Source of the DNA: Malacoraja senta
Taxonomy: Eukaryota
Assembly: GCA_038087875.1 (NCBI GenBank)
Contig: CM075977.1
Location: 40,610,001-40,674,000, forward strand
Reading direction: 5' to 3'
Length of the DNA stretch: 64,000 nucleotides
In this document: in pieces, positions 12,048 to 25,950 of the stretch
How the letters are laid out: each line of letters opens with the position of its first letter
Numbering within the stretch: the stretch's first letter is position 1
Made by a program: the position numbers and the translations under genes
The notes under the pieces: model-generated
Databases searched by the model: none
The model's input: the letters and a program-made list of their open reading frames with translations, nothing else
What the model was told of the DNA's origin: nothing

Positions 12048-12510
12048 CTGTCAGAGTGTGCACCTGATCCGGAGACTGCAACGACCCCCCGCAGGTCATC
12101 GAGTGCATCTTCTCCCAGGGCCAGGAGTTGGGGTCCGAACGAGAGGAAGCCGCGGAAACGGCCGCTTTTGGAGTGTCCTGGCCTCCAGTTACAAGGAAGC
12201 TTTTCCGCTTCAATGATGAGGCTGTGGCTCTGGTGTTATCCAAATTCCTGGAGGGTCGCCTTCAGTGGAGCGGTGGGTGAAGGACGTAACCAAACACACG
12301 GCCCGGCCGGTGTGGCGGCAGAGGGATACTGATACTGATCCTCTGCCTTGCTGAGCTCCGCTTTGCCCGCAGGCGGCACGGAAATCGCTATCAAAGCCTC
12401 CGCGCTGGTATCTTTGATCAAAACATCACAGTTTCTTGGTGGCCGCGCGCGCGCATGCGCACACACACTATCGCACGCGCGAGGCTTCGGCCGTGGGCCC
12501 TGTGGACTGC

Positions 12511-12663
12511 AACATCGGGAGCTGAAGAAGGGTTTCGGCCCGAAACGTTGCCTATTTCCTTCGCTCCATAGATGCTGTTGCACCCGCTGAGTTTCTCCAG
12601 CATTTTTGTGTACCTTCGATTTTCCAGCATCTGCAGTTCCTTCTTTAAAACATCGGGAGCTGA
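12511..12663 (+). repeat. Hammerhead-like short repeat flanked by a 15-bp direct repeat
   Basis: AACATCGGGAGCTGA at 12511-12525 and 12649-12663; CTGAAGA-A-GGGTTTCGGCCC-GAAAC-GTT at 12522-12549. Confidence 0.6.
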
Positions 12664-15597
12664 CCTGGTTGGTGACCGACTCCGAACTCCAGCAACAGCA
12701 GCTTCGTCCGCCCCGAATCGTGGGGCCTGAATCGGCCCGTTCAGGGGTTTTTTCATCGGCCGGCTGGGGCTTTTACATCGGGAGCCTCGATCGCCTCAGT
12801 TTGCAGCAGTTTGATTTTAAGCCGCGCCGGGCGCTGAAAGGCCCCCCGAACGGGCCGATTCGGCCCTTAGAAAGCGTCTGATAAAGTCCGGATTACAAAA
12901 CATTGGGGGGGGGGGGGCGTGTCCCCCCCCCTACCCCTCCAGGATTTTCGCCTCTGCCTGCAGCTCCGAAAGTGGGAATTTTCCAGTGAATAGCGAGGTA
13001 TTTGTGAGCTAGGATGGCGTGGAGTGTAACCTCGGGAGGGATGATCTCATTGGCCTGGTAGCCTTGCCTTTCTCGATGGAGAGACCACATCACATGGCTT
13101 CAATGCTGGTGGGGGGGGGGGGTCACAGTAAGATAGTAAACGGGTATTCCAGCCAACACGCATAGCTAAACATGGCAGCCAAAGTTTCAACTTTGCCTTT
13201 CGCGCTGGCATGTTGAGCCGGGTCATTGGTGAGAATGTAACCGTTATTGGAAACTTCTCCCATTAACATTTTAATGGCCAACTACCATTCCGAACTAATT
13301 GTGGAAAGATTGCGGATCTTAAATCTGACCCCTTGGTAGTGACATTTCTCAACTCCATCTGTTCCAGTTCCTTGTTGTTTCGCACGCTTTATTGTAGTGA
13401 TATTGGAGTATTGTTTGGGCAGTCTCCTCAATAATAGATAAATCTGGTGTTTCTCCCAACATGCCCTTCTCATCAAGGCAGGGTGGAGTCTCTGGTTTGT
13501 CAGCCAGGAAGAGCGCACACCATCTGGTTAAGAGAGACTACTCTCCTACCAGGTTCTTGAACCAAGTTGCACAACCATATTCCTACCTTGGTAACATTCC
13601 AGGCCACCTCTTGAACTACCATGGACTTGTTTTCTAATTGTGTTTTGCACTAATGTCTTATTTTTGCCACATCTTTTTAATATATTTTTTTATTGTCTTG
13701 CAGAATTTACGTGTAATTTAAGTATAATTTACCTTGTGTGTGTTGTCTGAGTATACGCACCTGTGCACATACTGTATACTCAGACATCATGCTATTGCAA
13801 GCAAGATTCTCATTGTATCTGTACCTCGTGATACGTGCATATATGAGGACTATCACCTTCACACCATTGTACAAGTGGGGCATGTCATATCCAGAGAATG
13901 TGTTGGAGAAATCTAACACTTTACCTATGAGTTATGTCTCTGCAAGTTTGAGTGGGAGCTTGTATGGGTGACCTGGGATAATTGGTGTAGAGCACTCTCA
14001 AGGAAATGTGATTGGAACCCACCACGCTGACCTGGACAACCTGCAGGTACATGAAATATTAATCTTAATCTTAAATTTCTCATGTGCAACAAGAAATGAT
14101 TGAGGGCATTGGGTTCAGCAGAGGCTTTGAGACAAGAAAAACAAATCAGTAGTACTGACGCCCTGCACCTTGGCTGTGTCTCTAGACAAGCTGTTCCAGT
14201 ATAGGTACACTGCTGCCATTGGTTCTATCAGATGGAAAATTGAAAATTGACCAGCTAATCTGATGGTCAATGATGAAGAAACAGCAGAGCAATCCAAATG
14301 ACCAATGCCACGCAATCAGAACAGTCTCAATCATTAGCTAAGTGGTGGAGGATGTCTTCACAGCAAAAAGCAGGAAAAAGCAGTGATTGGCTCTAGCCCG
14401 AGTGGGAGGAGAGTTGAGTCAGAGGGGGGAAACAGTTTAACACTGAGGAATTTGGTTTGTAAATTGGTAAATTAGGCAATTTATCAGTCAATATAAGCAA
14501 GACGACTCTTAGGGAGCAGCAGTGAGGGAGCGTCCTTGTGAGCAAAGTGTGAGTCTTTGGCTCGAGATTCTTCGGAGAGGAGGCTGAGGAGAGGAGGCTA
14601 CGCATAAAGCTCGAGAAGATGGAACGTGGTGAACACATGTCGGGGCAGATGAGATAGTGTGAGGCTTGCAGAATGTGGGAGCCCAGGGACATGAATGGAG
14701 CCTCTGGCTGCTACAACTGTGGCAAGTGTATCCAGCTTCAGCTCCTAAAGGACCGTGTTGGGGCACTGGAGAAGCAGCTGGATGACCCCAGGGCCATCCA
14801 GGAAAACAAGAGTTTCCTGGACAGGACCTACAGTGAGGCAGTCATGCCGAGGATACAGGAAGAACCAAGGTGTGTTACGGAGAGAAAGGGTGGAAATCGT
14901 GGAGTGCAGAAGACCCAGGTGGCTGTGTTTAATGAAAACAGGTATGCCCTCTTGGGAACTGTCCAGGGAGACGATGTTTCCAGTCCGAGCGACAGACATG
15001 TCGGTGGCTCCAATCCTAGAGATGGGACTCCACCGGCGAGACCGACGTCGGGCAGAGCCCTAGTGGTGGGTGACTCCATTGTCCGAGGAGTGGATAGGAG
15101 ATTCTGTGGCGGCAGACGAGATGCGAGGATGGTCTGTTGCCTCCCTGGTGCCAAGGTTCAGGATGTCACGAGCCAAATTCAGAACAACCTCAAGAGAGAA
15201 AGTGAACAGCCGGCAGTAATTGTGCACGTAGGCACACACGACAACGAGAAGAAGAGGAAGGAGGTTCTCCAACATGACTTCAGAGAGTTGGGAAGAAGAC
15301 TGAAATGCCGGACTTCTAGGGTGATTATCTCTGGATTGCTTCCAGTACCTCGTGCTAGTGAGGACAGGAACAGGGAGAGAGGATCTGAATGTGTGGCTGA
15401 GGGGCTGGAGCAGGGAGCAAGGATTTAGATTTATAGACCACTGGGATCCCTTCTGGGGTAGGGGTGACCCAACAAAAGGAACGGGTTACACCTTAACTGG
15501 AGGGGGACCGACATTCTGGCAGGCAGGTTTGCTAGGGCTACACGTGTGGGTTTAAACTAAATAGTGGGGGGGAGGGATTGACAAATTGAGAGAGAGT

Positions 15598-16464
15598 TCC
15601 AATTCCAATTCAATTTATTTGTCTTTTGAGGGACAAATTTGTCATTTGGACCCCTTGAGGTCCAAACGAAATGTCGTTTCTGCAGCCATACAATACAAAA
15701 CAAAGAAGACCCGAGACACAACACAATTTACACATACATCCATCACAACGCTGTGATGGAAGGCAAAAATAACGTATCTCTCCACTGCACTCCCCCCCCC
15801 CCCCCATGTCAGAGTCAAAGTCAAAGCCCCCGGCGGGCGATGGTGATTGTCCCGCAGCCATTAAAGCCACGCCGGGTGATGCAAGGTCACGCACCGGGTC
15901 TTGGTGTTAGAGCCCCGGCGCTCGCCCGCAAAGTCCGGCAGCCATTCCAAGCCGCGCGGGGGGATAAAGCCCCGCTCCAGGTGCTCCTCAAACCCGCAAC
16001 TCGGGCGGGAGAAGTCGCCGCTGCGGAAGCCCCGAAAAGCAGTCTCCCACCAGGGGACCCGCGGGCTTCCAGTGTTGCCGTCCGCCAGACCCGCGGTTGT
16101 AGCCTCCGAATCTCCGGCGGTCGGGTCGCAGCAGCGATTGTCTCCACCACAGCTCCACCCGCTCCGGACTCGGCCAGCCCCGCGACGGTGAGTAGTCCGC
16201 AGCTCCACGGGAGCCCCAGGTCGTTCCTGCTGGAGGCCGCGTTGCCCAGCCCCAACGACAACGGAGACCCGACAAAGAAAAGGTCGGGTCTCCCGTGCAG
16301 CGGAAAGATTTTAAAGTTTCCCCCCCCCCACCCCCACCCCCACCCCCACCCCCCCACACACATACCCCGACAAAAAAAAATAATAAAAACTACATAAAAA
16401 CGAGACAAAAATAATAAAAAGACAGACGGACTGCAGAGGCCGCTGCAACGAAAAGTCGCGCCGG
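15598..16464 (-). mobile_element. ~870-bp CpG-rich non-coding retroposon-like insertion
   Basis: Splits a CR1 with a probable GAGT TSD; ends (minus sense) in a hairpin, AATAAA and a short simple-repeat tail; related to 53964-54814. Confidence 0.6.
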
Positions 16465-18424
16465 GAGTATAAAGATGGAGTTGAAGGGGAAGTGACTACA
16501 AGAAAAATTACAAAAGATTCTCAAATTAATAGGAAGGAAAGCTCGAGAATGGACAACAGAGTAAGGTCAGGGCCAATTGCGAGGGGGGAAGTGAATACGG
16601 AGGTCAAAGTACTGTATATGAATGCGCGAAGTATAAGGAATAAAGTGGACGAGCTTGAGGCTCAGTTAGAAACTGGCAAGTATGATGTTGTGGGAATTAC
16701 TGAGACATGGCTGCAAGAGGGCCAGGGCTGGGAACTGAATATTCAAGGGTATACCTCCTATCGAAAAGACAGACAGGTGGGCAGAGGGGGTGGGGTTGCC
16801 CTGTTGGTGAGGAATGAAATTCAGTCCCTTGCAAGGGGTGACATTGAAAAAAGAGATGTGGAGTCAGTATGGGTAGAACTAAGGAATTGTAAGGGTAAAA
16901 AAACCCTAATGGGACTAATCTACAGGCCCCCAAACAGTAGCCTGTTATGGGAGATTTCAACATGCAGGTAGACTGGGAAAATCAGGTTGGTACTGGACCC
17001 CAAGAAAGGGACTTTGTAGAGTGCCTTCGTGATGGATTCTTAGAACAGCTTGTATTGGAGCCTACCAGGGAGAAGGCAATTCTGGATTTAGTGTTATGTA
17101 ATGAACCGGATTTGATAAAGGACCTCGAGGTTAATGAGCCATTAGGAGGCAGTGACCATAACATGGTCAGGTTTAATCTACAATTGGAGAGGGAGAAGGG
17201 TAGATCGGAGGTGTCAGTGTTGCAGTTGAATAAAGGGGATTATGGGGCCATGAGGGAGGAGCTGGCCAAAGTTGACTGGAAACATACACTAGCAGGGATG
17301 ACAGTGGAACAAAAATAGCAGGTATTTCTAGGAATAATACAGAAGGTGCAGGATCAGTTCATTCCTAGGAGGAAGAAAGATTCCAAGGGGAGAAAGGGAC
17401 GATCATGGCTGACAAGGGTCATCAGGGACAGTATAAAAATTAAAGCGAAGAAGTACAACGTAGCAAAGATGAGCGGGAAGCAAGAGGATTCGGTAATTTT
17501 TAAAGAACAACAGAAGATAACCAAAAAGACAATACAGGAAGAAAAGATGAGGTACGAAGGTAAGCTAGCCAAGAATATAAAGCAGGATAGTAAAAGCTTC
17601 TTTAGGTATGTGAAGAGGAAAAAATTAGTTAAGACCAAAGTTGGACCCTTGAAGACCGAAAAAGGTGACTTTATTATGGGGTACAAGGAAATGGCAGATG
17701 AGTTGAACAGGTACTTTGGATCTGTCTTCACTAAGGAGGACACAAACAATCTTCCTGATATAGTAGTGGCCAGAGGATCTGGGGTGACAGAGGAACTGAA
17801 GGAAATCCACATTAGGCAGGAAATGGTGTTGGATAGACTGATGGGACTGAAGGCAGATAAATCCCCAGGGCCTGATGGTCTGCATCCCACGGTACTTAAG
17901 GAAGTGTCTCTAGAAATCATGGATGCATTGGTGATAATTTTCCAATGTTCTCTAGACTCAGGATCAGTTCCTGTGGATTGGAGGGTAGCTAATGTTTTCC
18001 CACTTTTTAAGAAAGGCGGGAGAGAGAAAACGGGGAATTATAGACCAGTTAGCCTGACATCGGTGGTGGGGAAGATGCTGGAGTCAATAATAAAAGATGA
18101 GATAGCCGCACATTTGGATAGCAGTAACAGGATCGGTCCAAGTCAGCATGGTTTTACGAAGGGCAATCATGCCTGACTAATCTTCCGGAATTTTTTGAAG
18201 ATGTAACTAGGAAAATGGACAAGGGAGAGCCAGTGGATGTAGTGTACCTGGACTTTCAGAAAGCATTTGATAAGGTCCCACATAGGAGATTAGTGGGCAA
18301 AATTAGGGCACATGGTGTTGGGAGTAGAGTGCTGACATGGAAAGAGAAGTGGTTGGCAGACAGGAAACAAAGAGTAGGGATTAACGGGTCCCTTTCAGAA
18401 TGGCGGCCAATGACTAGTGGGGTA

Positions 18425-20146
18425 TTCACCAAGGAGAAGGATATGGAATTATGTGAGGTAAGGGAAACAAGCAGAGTAGCAATGGAAACTATGAGATTCA
18501 AAGAAGAGGAGGTGCGGACACTTTTGAAAAATATGAAAACGGATAAGTCTCCAGGTCCTGACAGGATATTCCCGAGGACATTGAGGGAAGTTAGTGTAGA
18601 AATAGCAGGGGCTATGACAGAAATATTTCAAATGTCATTACAAACGGGAATAGTGCCGGAGGATTGGTGTACTGCGCATGTTATTCCGTTGTTTAAAAAG
18701 GGTTCTAAGAGTAAACCTAGCAATTATAGACCTGTTAGTTTGACGTCAGTTGTGGGCAAATTAATGGAAAGGATACTTAGAGATAATATATATAAGCATC
18801 TGGATAAGCAGGGTCTGATTAGGAACAGTCAACATGGATTTGTGCCTGGAAGGTCATGTTTGACTAATCTAGAATTTTTCGAAGAGGTTACTAGGGAAAT
18901 TGATGAGGGTAAAGCAGTGGATGTTGTTTATATGGACTTCAGTAAGGCCTTTGACAAGGTTCCTCATGGAAGGTTGGTTAAGAAGATTAAATTGTTGGGT
19001 ATTAATGGTGGAGTAGCAAGATGGATTCAACAGTGGCTGAATGGGAGATGCCAGACAGTAATGGTGGATGGCTGTTTGTCAGGTTGGAGGCCGGTGACTA
19101 GTGGGGTGCCTCAGGGGTCTGTGTTGGGTCCACTGTTGTTTGTCATGTACATCAATGATCTGGATGATGGTGTGGAAAATTGGATTAGTAAGTATGCAGA
19201 TGATACTAAGGTGGTGTGGTGGATAATGAAGTAGATTTTCAAAGTCTACAGGGAGATTTAGGCCATTTGGAAGAGTGGGCTGAAAGATGGCAGATGGAGT
19301 TTAATGCTGATAAATGTGAGGTACTACATCTCGGCAGGACAAATCAAAATAGGACGTACATGGTAAATGGTAGAGAATTGAGGAATGCAGTTGAACAGAG
19401 GGATCTAGGAATAACTGCGCATAGTTCCCTGAAGGTGGAATCTCATGTAGATAGGGTGGTAAAGAAAGCTTTTGGTGTGCTGGCCTTTATAAATAAGAGC
19501 ATTGAATATAGAAGTTGGGATGTAATGTTAAAATTGTACAAGGCATTGGTGAGGCCAATTCTGGAGTATGGAGTACAATTTTGGTCGCCTAATTATAGGA
19601 AGGATGTCAACAAAATAGAGAGAGTACAGAGGAGATTTACTAGAATGTTGCCTGGGTTTCAGCAACTAAGTTACAGAGAAAGGTTGAACAAGTTAGGTCT
19701 TTATTCTTTGGACCGCAGAAGGTTAAGAGGGGACTTGATAGAGGTCTTTAAAATTATGAGCGGGTTAGACAGAGTTGACGTGGATAAACTTTTTCCATTG
19801 AGAGTAGGGAAGATTCAAACAAGGGGACATGACTTGAGAATTAAGGGACAGAGGTTTAGGGGTAACATTAGGGGGAACTTCTTTACTCTGAGAGTGGTAG
19901 CTGTGTGGAATGAGCTTCCAGTGGAAGTGGTGGAGGCAGGTTCGATTTTATCCTTTAAAAATAGATTGGATGGGTATATGGACGGGAAAGGAATGGAGGG
20001 TTCTGGTCTGAGTGCAGGAAGATGGGACGAGGGGGAAGTAATAATTTTTTTTTTAAATTAAAAAAAAAAATTTAAAAAAGTGTTCGGCACGGACTTGAAG
20101 GGCCGAGATGGCCTGTTTCCGTGCTGTAATGGTTATATGGTTATAT
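18425..20146 (+). mobile_element. 5'-truncated CR1 of a second subfamily nested in the first, (GGTTATAT)n tail
   Basis: RT ORFs 18215-19234 and 19216-20061 (YADDTK, LEYGVQFWSP); host CR1 broken at GACTAGTGGGGT|ACCGCAAGG with GGGT duplicated. Confidence 0.85.
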
Positions 20147-20646
20147 GGGTACCGCAAGGCTCGGTGCTGGGACCGCAGCTGTTTACAATATACATCAATG
20201 ATTTGGATGAAGGGATTCAAAGTAACATTAGCAAATTTGCAGATGACACAAAGCTGGGTGGCAGTGTGAACTGTGAGGAGGATGCTATGAGAATGCAGGG
20301 TGACCTGGACAGGTTGGGAGAGTGGGCAGATGCATGGCAGATGCAGTTTAATGCGGATAAATGTGAGGTTATCTACCTTGGTAGCAAAAACAGGAAGGCA
20401 GATTACCATCTAAATGGCGTCAAGTTGGGAAAAGGGGAAGTACCACGGGATCTGGGGGTCCTTGTACATCAGTCTATGAAAGTAAGCATGCAGGTACAGC
20501 AGGCAGTGAAGAAACAAATGGCATGTTGGCCTTTATAGCAAGAGGAATCGAATATAGGAGCAAAGAGGTCCTTCTGCAGTTGCACAGAGTCCTAGTAAAG
20601 CAGGATAGTAAAAGCTTCTTTAGGTATGTGAAGAGGAAAAAATTAG

Positions 20647-23600
20647 GTTTAATCCTCAAATTTTAAAAGACCCGCAAGGGAGTATATATCTAAAACAACA
20701 AATGGACCTCCTTTTCGAAATAAATGACACTCCAGATATATCGCCCACTTTATTATGGGAATCCTTCAAAGCATTTATTAGAGGCGTTATAATTTCATAC
20801 CAAGCTTTTCAAAATAAAAAGAACAAGAACGAACAAAGACAGTTAGAAGAACAAATTAGGCAACTGGATATAGATAATGCTAAAGATCCAACTATGGATA
20901 AACACAATAAAATAATAATACTGAAATTTAAATTAAATAAATTATTATCAGCCAAATTTATAAGACTATTCCAAATTACAAGACAGGATCACTTTGAATT
21001 TGGGGATAAACCACACAAAACTTGGCACGTCAGCTAAAAAAACTAGAAAAAGAACACACGATCCAAAAGATTAAATCAGATAGAGGGGAATTATTAACTT
21101 TACCGAATGATATTAATAAAAGGTTTGCACAATTTTATGAGAATTTGTACACATCCAAAACGACAACGGACACCAATAAAGTCACAGAGTTCTTGGATAA
21201 TTGTAATCTTCCAAAATTAGAGTTGAAGGAACAAGAGGAATTGGGTGCACAAATTTCAATTAAGGAAATAGAAGACACAATAACTTCATTAAAGATTGGA
21301 AAAACTCCAGGACCTGACGGATTTAGTAATGAATTTTATAAAAGTTTTTATGACATAATTATACCACGTTTACAGAAAATGTATAAACAAGCCTTTAAAG
21401 AACAAACATTACCTGATACACTAGCAGAATCAACGATTACATTAATACTTAAAAAAGACAAAGATACAGAAGAACCCGGATCATATAGAGCTATTGCGTT
21501 GTTAAATACAGATCAAAAAATATTAGCGAAAACATTAGCTAGAAGATTAAGTAAGTATGTTAGTAAATTAATAAATCCGGATCAAATGGGATTTATCCCT
21601 AAGAGACAATCATCTAATAATCTGAGACGTCTGCTCAACATAATGCATTCACATAAAACTGAAGAACAAGAATTATCAATTATTTCGTTGGACGCAGAAA
21701 AAGCATTCGATCAAGTGGAATGGGATTACATGGTTAAAGTATTGCAAAAATTCCAAATGGGAGAGAATTTCATCCTATGGATTAAATTATTATATAATAA
21801 GCCTACGGCTAGAATATTAACTTATAACATATCTATGAAATTCCAATTATCAAGGGGTAATAGACAAGGATGTTCACTATCACCGCTGTTATTTGCTCTT
21901 ATAATTGAACCTCTAGCGGAAAGAATTAGAACACATCCGAATATCCATGGCTATAATACAAAATATTCAAATAATAAAATATCTTTATACGCTGAAGATG
22001 TACTAATGTACATCACAAAACCTCAAACTATTATACCAAACATATTAAATTTAATTGAGGATTTTGGATCCTTTTCTGGATACAGAATAAACTGGAACAA
22101 AAGTGAAATTATGTCAATAAAACCGAAAGACTCAACACACCTCTTAAAATTCCCTTTAAAAATAGCTACAGAAAAATTTAAATACTTGAGTATTGAAATT
22201 ACCAGATAATATCAAGCCATGTTTAACACAAATTATAATCCTCTACTTAAGAAATTAAATACCTTAATTAAATTCTGGAAAACGATTCCTATGTCTTTAA
22301 TACGCCGAATAAATGCTATAAAAATGATCTTTTTACCACAAATTCTATACCTATTCCAATCAATTCCTATATACCTACCAAAAAAGTTTTTTTTTAAACT
22401 GGATTCAGACATTACAAATTGTATATGGGATTATAAATCTCATAGAATACAAAGAACACATTTGAACAAACCCAAAGTATTAGGTGGCTTAGCACTCCCT
22501 AACTTTATGTACTATTATTGGTCAGTAAATATTAAAAATATGATTCAACTGCTGGACAACTCTGCCCAGCAGGTGGATTGGATTATAATGGAGAGAGAGG
22601 ACTGCTCCCCTTGTAATATTGGAGTGATCCTCCTCTCACCAATGAAGTTGAATAACACAAACTATAACACAAATCCAATTATACATAGTACAATTAGAAC
22701 TTGGAAACAAATAAAACATAATTTAAAATTAAGAAATCTATCGCTCTTATCTCCAATAGTTAATAACCCTTCGTTTAAACCCTCCATTATAGACAAATCA
22801 TTTATACAATGGGAAAGAATAGGAATTAAAACGCTCAGAGATTTGTATGAAACTGGAAAATTACTATCATTCCAACAATTACAACTAAAATATAATCTGG
22901 GAAACAATCAATATTTTAAATATTTCCAAATATGTGATTATCTGAAAAAATATACAAAAGATTATTATAATATGCCATTAGATTTACTGGACGAAGCAAT
23001 GAAGACAAGCCGAATCAGCAAACTTAATATCTTATTTGTATAATATTATTTTAAATGTAGAAATACCAGCAACGGATGGTATTAGAAGAGACTGGGAACA
23101 AGAATTAGCTATTAAAACTTCAAAAGAGAGGTGGGATGAACATTTATTAAATGTGCCCAAATGCTCGATTAATGTAAGACACACTTTAATACAATTTAAA
23201 ATTTTACACAGATTATACTACTCAAAAAACAAAATAAGTAAACTTTTTCCCAACATATCACCTATCTGTGATAAATGTCAGTCTCAAGAAGCTACTATAG
23301 CGCTTTCATTTGTCTTCTGTATAAAAATTCAAAAATTTTGGATTGAAATTATTGAAATATTTTCAAAATTATTTAAAATAAAACTGATACCAAAAGCAGA
23401 ATGGATTATCTTTGGAACAACGGAAGGTAGCCCTGAACTAAATGTGTTTCAAAAGAACCTATTTGATTACGGGTTAATAACTGGAAAAAAGCTTATTCTA
23501 AAATTCTGGCAAAATGCTCCTATACCAACAATAAACATGTGGATTTCAAATATGTTTGAAACATTACACCTGGAAGAGATAAGACTCCTCCTAGCAGGCA

Positions 23601-24045
23601 AATCAGATCACTTCTATCGGACGTGGTCTTCATTTATAGAATTACCACAAGCATAAGGTGCAACAGTACTTAAAAAAGGCACCGATGTCAGGTCTTGGTA
23701 AAGGGGTTGAAAAGTGGCGAGCTGGTATATCCCTTTTGCGCGATGTTCATAATAGAGTATCTGTCTTTCTCTTTTTTCTTCTTTCTCTTTTTTCTTTCCT
23801 AGGGTCTATCTCTTAATTTCCTTTCTCTAATTTCTCGTCTAAAGGGTCTTTCTTCTATCCTTTCGACACGCTTTTACACTTACACTATTTTCTTTCACTT
23901 TCTCTATTTTCTCAATTTCAATCTTTTTTTAATAGCTTTAAAAAATGAAGGGGTACATTAAATGTAATAAGATATACGTGGTGTGTATTAATGTAATTGA
24001 TTGTAATTTAATGTACTTCTAATAAATAAAAATAAAAATAAAAAT
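20647..24045 (+). mobile_element. 5'-truncated L1-clade LINE (frameshifted ORF2, 3' UTR, A-rich tail) inserted in a CR1
   Basis: ORFs 20702-23656 with KTPGPDG, YRAIALLN, ISLDAEKAFD, RQGCSLSPLLF, LYAED, KFKYL and a C-terminal Cys motif; AATAAA-rich tail; AATTAG duplicated at 20641-20646 and 24046-24051. Confidence 0.92.
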
Positions 24046-25950
24046 AATTAGTTAAGACCAAAGTTGGACCCTTGAAGACCGAAAAAAGTGAATTTATTAT
24101 GGGGAACAAGGAAATGGCAGATGAGTTGAACAGGTACTTTGGATCTGTCTTCACTAAGGAGGACACAAACAATCTTCCTGATATAGTAGTGGCCAGAGGA
24201 TCTGGGGTGACAGAGGAACTGAAGGAAATCCACATTAGGCAGGAAATGGTGTTGGATAGACTGATGGGACTGAAGGCTGATAAATCCCCAGGGCCTGATG
24301 GTCTGCATCCCAGGGTACTTAAGGAAGTGGCTCTAGAAATCGTGGATGCATTGGTGATATTTCTCCAATGTTCTTTAGACTCAGGATCAGTTCCTGTGGA
24401 TTGGAGGGTAGCTAATATTATCCCACTTTTTAAGATAGGCGGGAGAGAGAAAACGGAATTATAGACCAGTTAGCCTGACATCGGTGGTGGGGAAGATGCT
24501 GGAGTCAATTATAAAAGATGAGATAGCCGAACATTTGGATAGCAGTAACAGGATCGGTCCGATTCAGGATGAATTGACGAAGGGGAAATCATGCTTGACT
24601 AGTCAAGTCAAGTCACATTTATTTATATAGCACATTTAAAAAACAACTCTCATTGGCCAAAGTGCTTTACATTTGTTATAAGAATAGCACAACAAAACAA
24701 ACTACATACATATATACATGTAGCCCTCACTCAGAGGACGTCAGGAAAGGCTTGGGAGTATAGATAAGTCTTTAGTCTTGACTTAAAAGAGTCGATGGAG
24801 GGGGCAGTTCTGATGGGAAAGGGGATGCTGTTCCACAGTCTAGGGGCTGCAACCGCAAAAGCGCGGTCGCCCCTGAGCTTATGCCTAGACCGTGGGATAT
24901 TCAGCAACCCCAAGTCGGCCGATCTGAGGGGCCTGGAGGTGGAGTGGTGGGTGAGAAGACTTTTTATGTAGGTGGGGGAAAGCCCATTGAGGGCTTTGTA
25001 GACATGGAGGAGGATCTTGAAGCTTATACGGAACCGCACAGGGAGCCAGTGGAGAGAGGCCAGGATCTAATCTTCTGGAATTTTTTGAAGATGTAAATAG
25101 GAAAATGGACAAGGGAGAGCCAGTGGATGTAGTGTACCTGGACTTTCAGAAAGCATTTGATAAGGTCCCACATAGGAGATTAATGGACAAAATTAGACAC
25201 ATGGTATTGGGGGTAGAGTGCTGACATAGATAGAGAAGTGGTTGGCAGACAGGAAATGTAGGGATTAATGTGTCCCTTTCAGAATGGCAGGCAGTGACTA
25301 GTGGGGTGCCGCAACGCTCAGTGCTGGGACCGCAGCTATTTACAATATACATCAATGATTTGGATGAAGGGATTCAAAGTAACATTAGCAAATTTGCAGA
25401 TGACACAAAGCTGGGTGGCAGAGTGAACTGTGAGGAGGATGCTATGAGAATGTAGGGTGACTTGGACAGGTTGGGGGAGTGGGCAGATGCATGGCAGATG
25501 AAGTTTAATGCGGATAAATGTGAGGTTATCCACTTTGGTAACAAAAACAGGAAGGCAGATAACTATCTAAATGGCGTCAAGTTGGGAAAAGGGGAAGTAC
25601 AACAGGATCTGGGGGTCCTTGTACATTAGTCTATGAAAGTAATCATGCAGGTACAGCAGGCAGTGAAGAAAGCGAATGGCATGTTGGCCTTTATAACAAG
25701 AGGAATCGAATATAGGAGCAAAGAGGTCCTTCTGCAGTTGTGCAGAGCCCTAGTGAGACCACACCTGGATTATTGTGTGCAGTTTTGGTCCCCTAATTTG
25801 AGGAAGGGCATTCTTGCTATTGAGGGAGTGCAGCGTAGGTTTACAAGGTTAATTCCCGGGATGGCGGGACTGTCATATGCTGAGAGAATGGAGCAGCTGG
25901 GCTTGTACACTCTGGAGTTTAGAAGGATAAGAGGATATCTCATTGAAATT
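24046..25950 (+). mobile_element. CR1 ORF2 fragment (host of the L1 and L2 insertions)
   Basis: Continues the CR1 sequence broken at 20646; RT motifs present. Confidence 0.85.
24602..25067 (-). mobile_element. L2-clade LINE 3' fragment with (TTGAC)n tail
   Basis: ORF 24731-25039: FKILLHVYKALNGLSP..RPLRS..GDRAFAVAAPRLWNSIP..FKSRLKT. Confidence 0.85.

Larger units (their letters stand above)
14390..20600 (+). mobile_element. Near full-length degraded CR1, interrupted by insertions at 15598-16464 and 18425-20146
   Basis: ORF1 with Cys-rich N-terminus and SGNH esterase (VVGDSIVRG..VHVGTHD); APE domain (LYMNARSIRNKV, ITETWL, GSDHNMV); RT pieces resume at 20147 after the insertion. Confidence 0.88.

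Noticed and set aside
13124-13165. CACAGTA heptamer-like sequence
   Set aside because: No nonamer at 12 or 23 spacing and no V exon upstream.
15639-16408. Long overlapping GC-rich ORFs (up to 252 aa) on both strands
   Set aside because: Low-complexity, stop-poor translations inside a CpG-rich repeat; no domain features.
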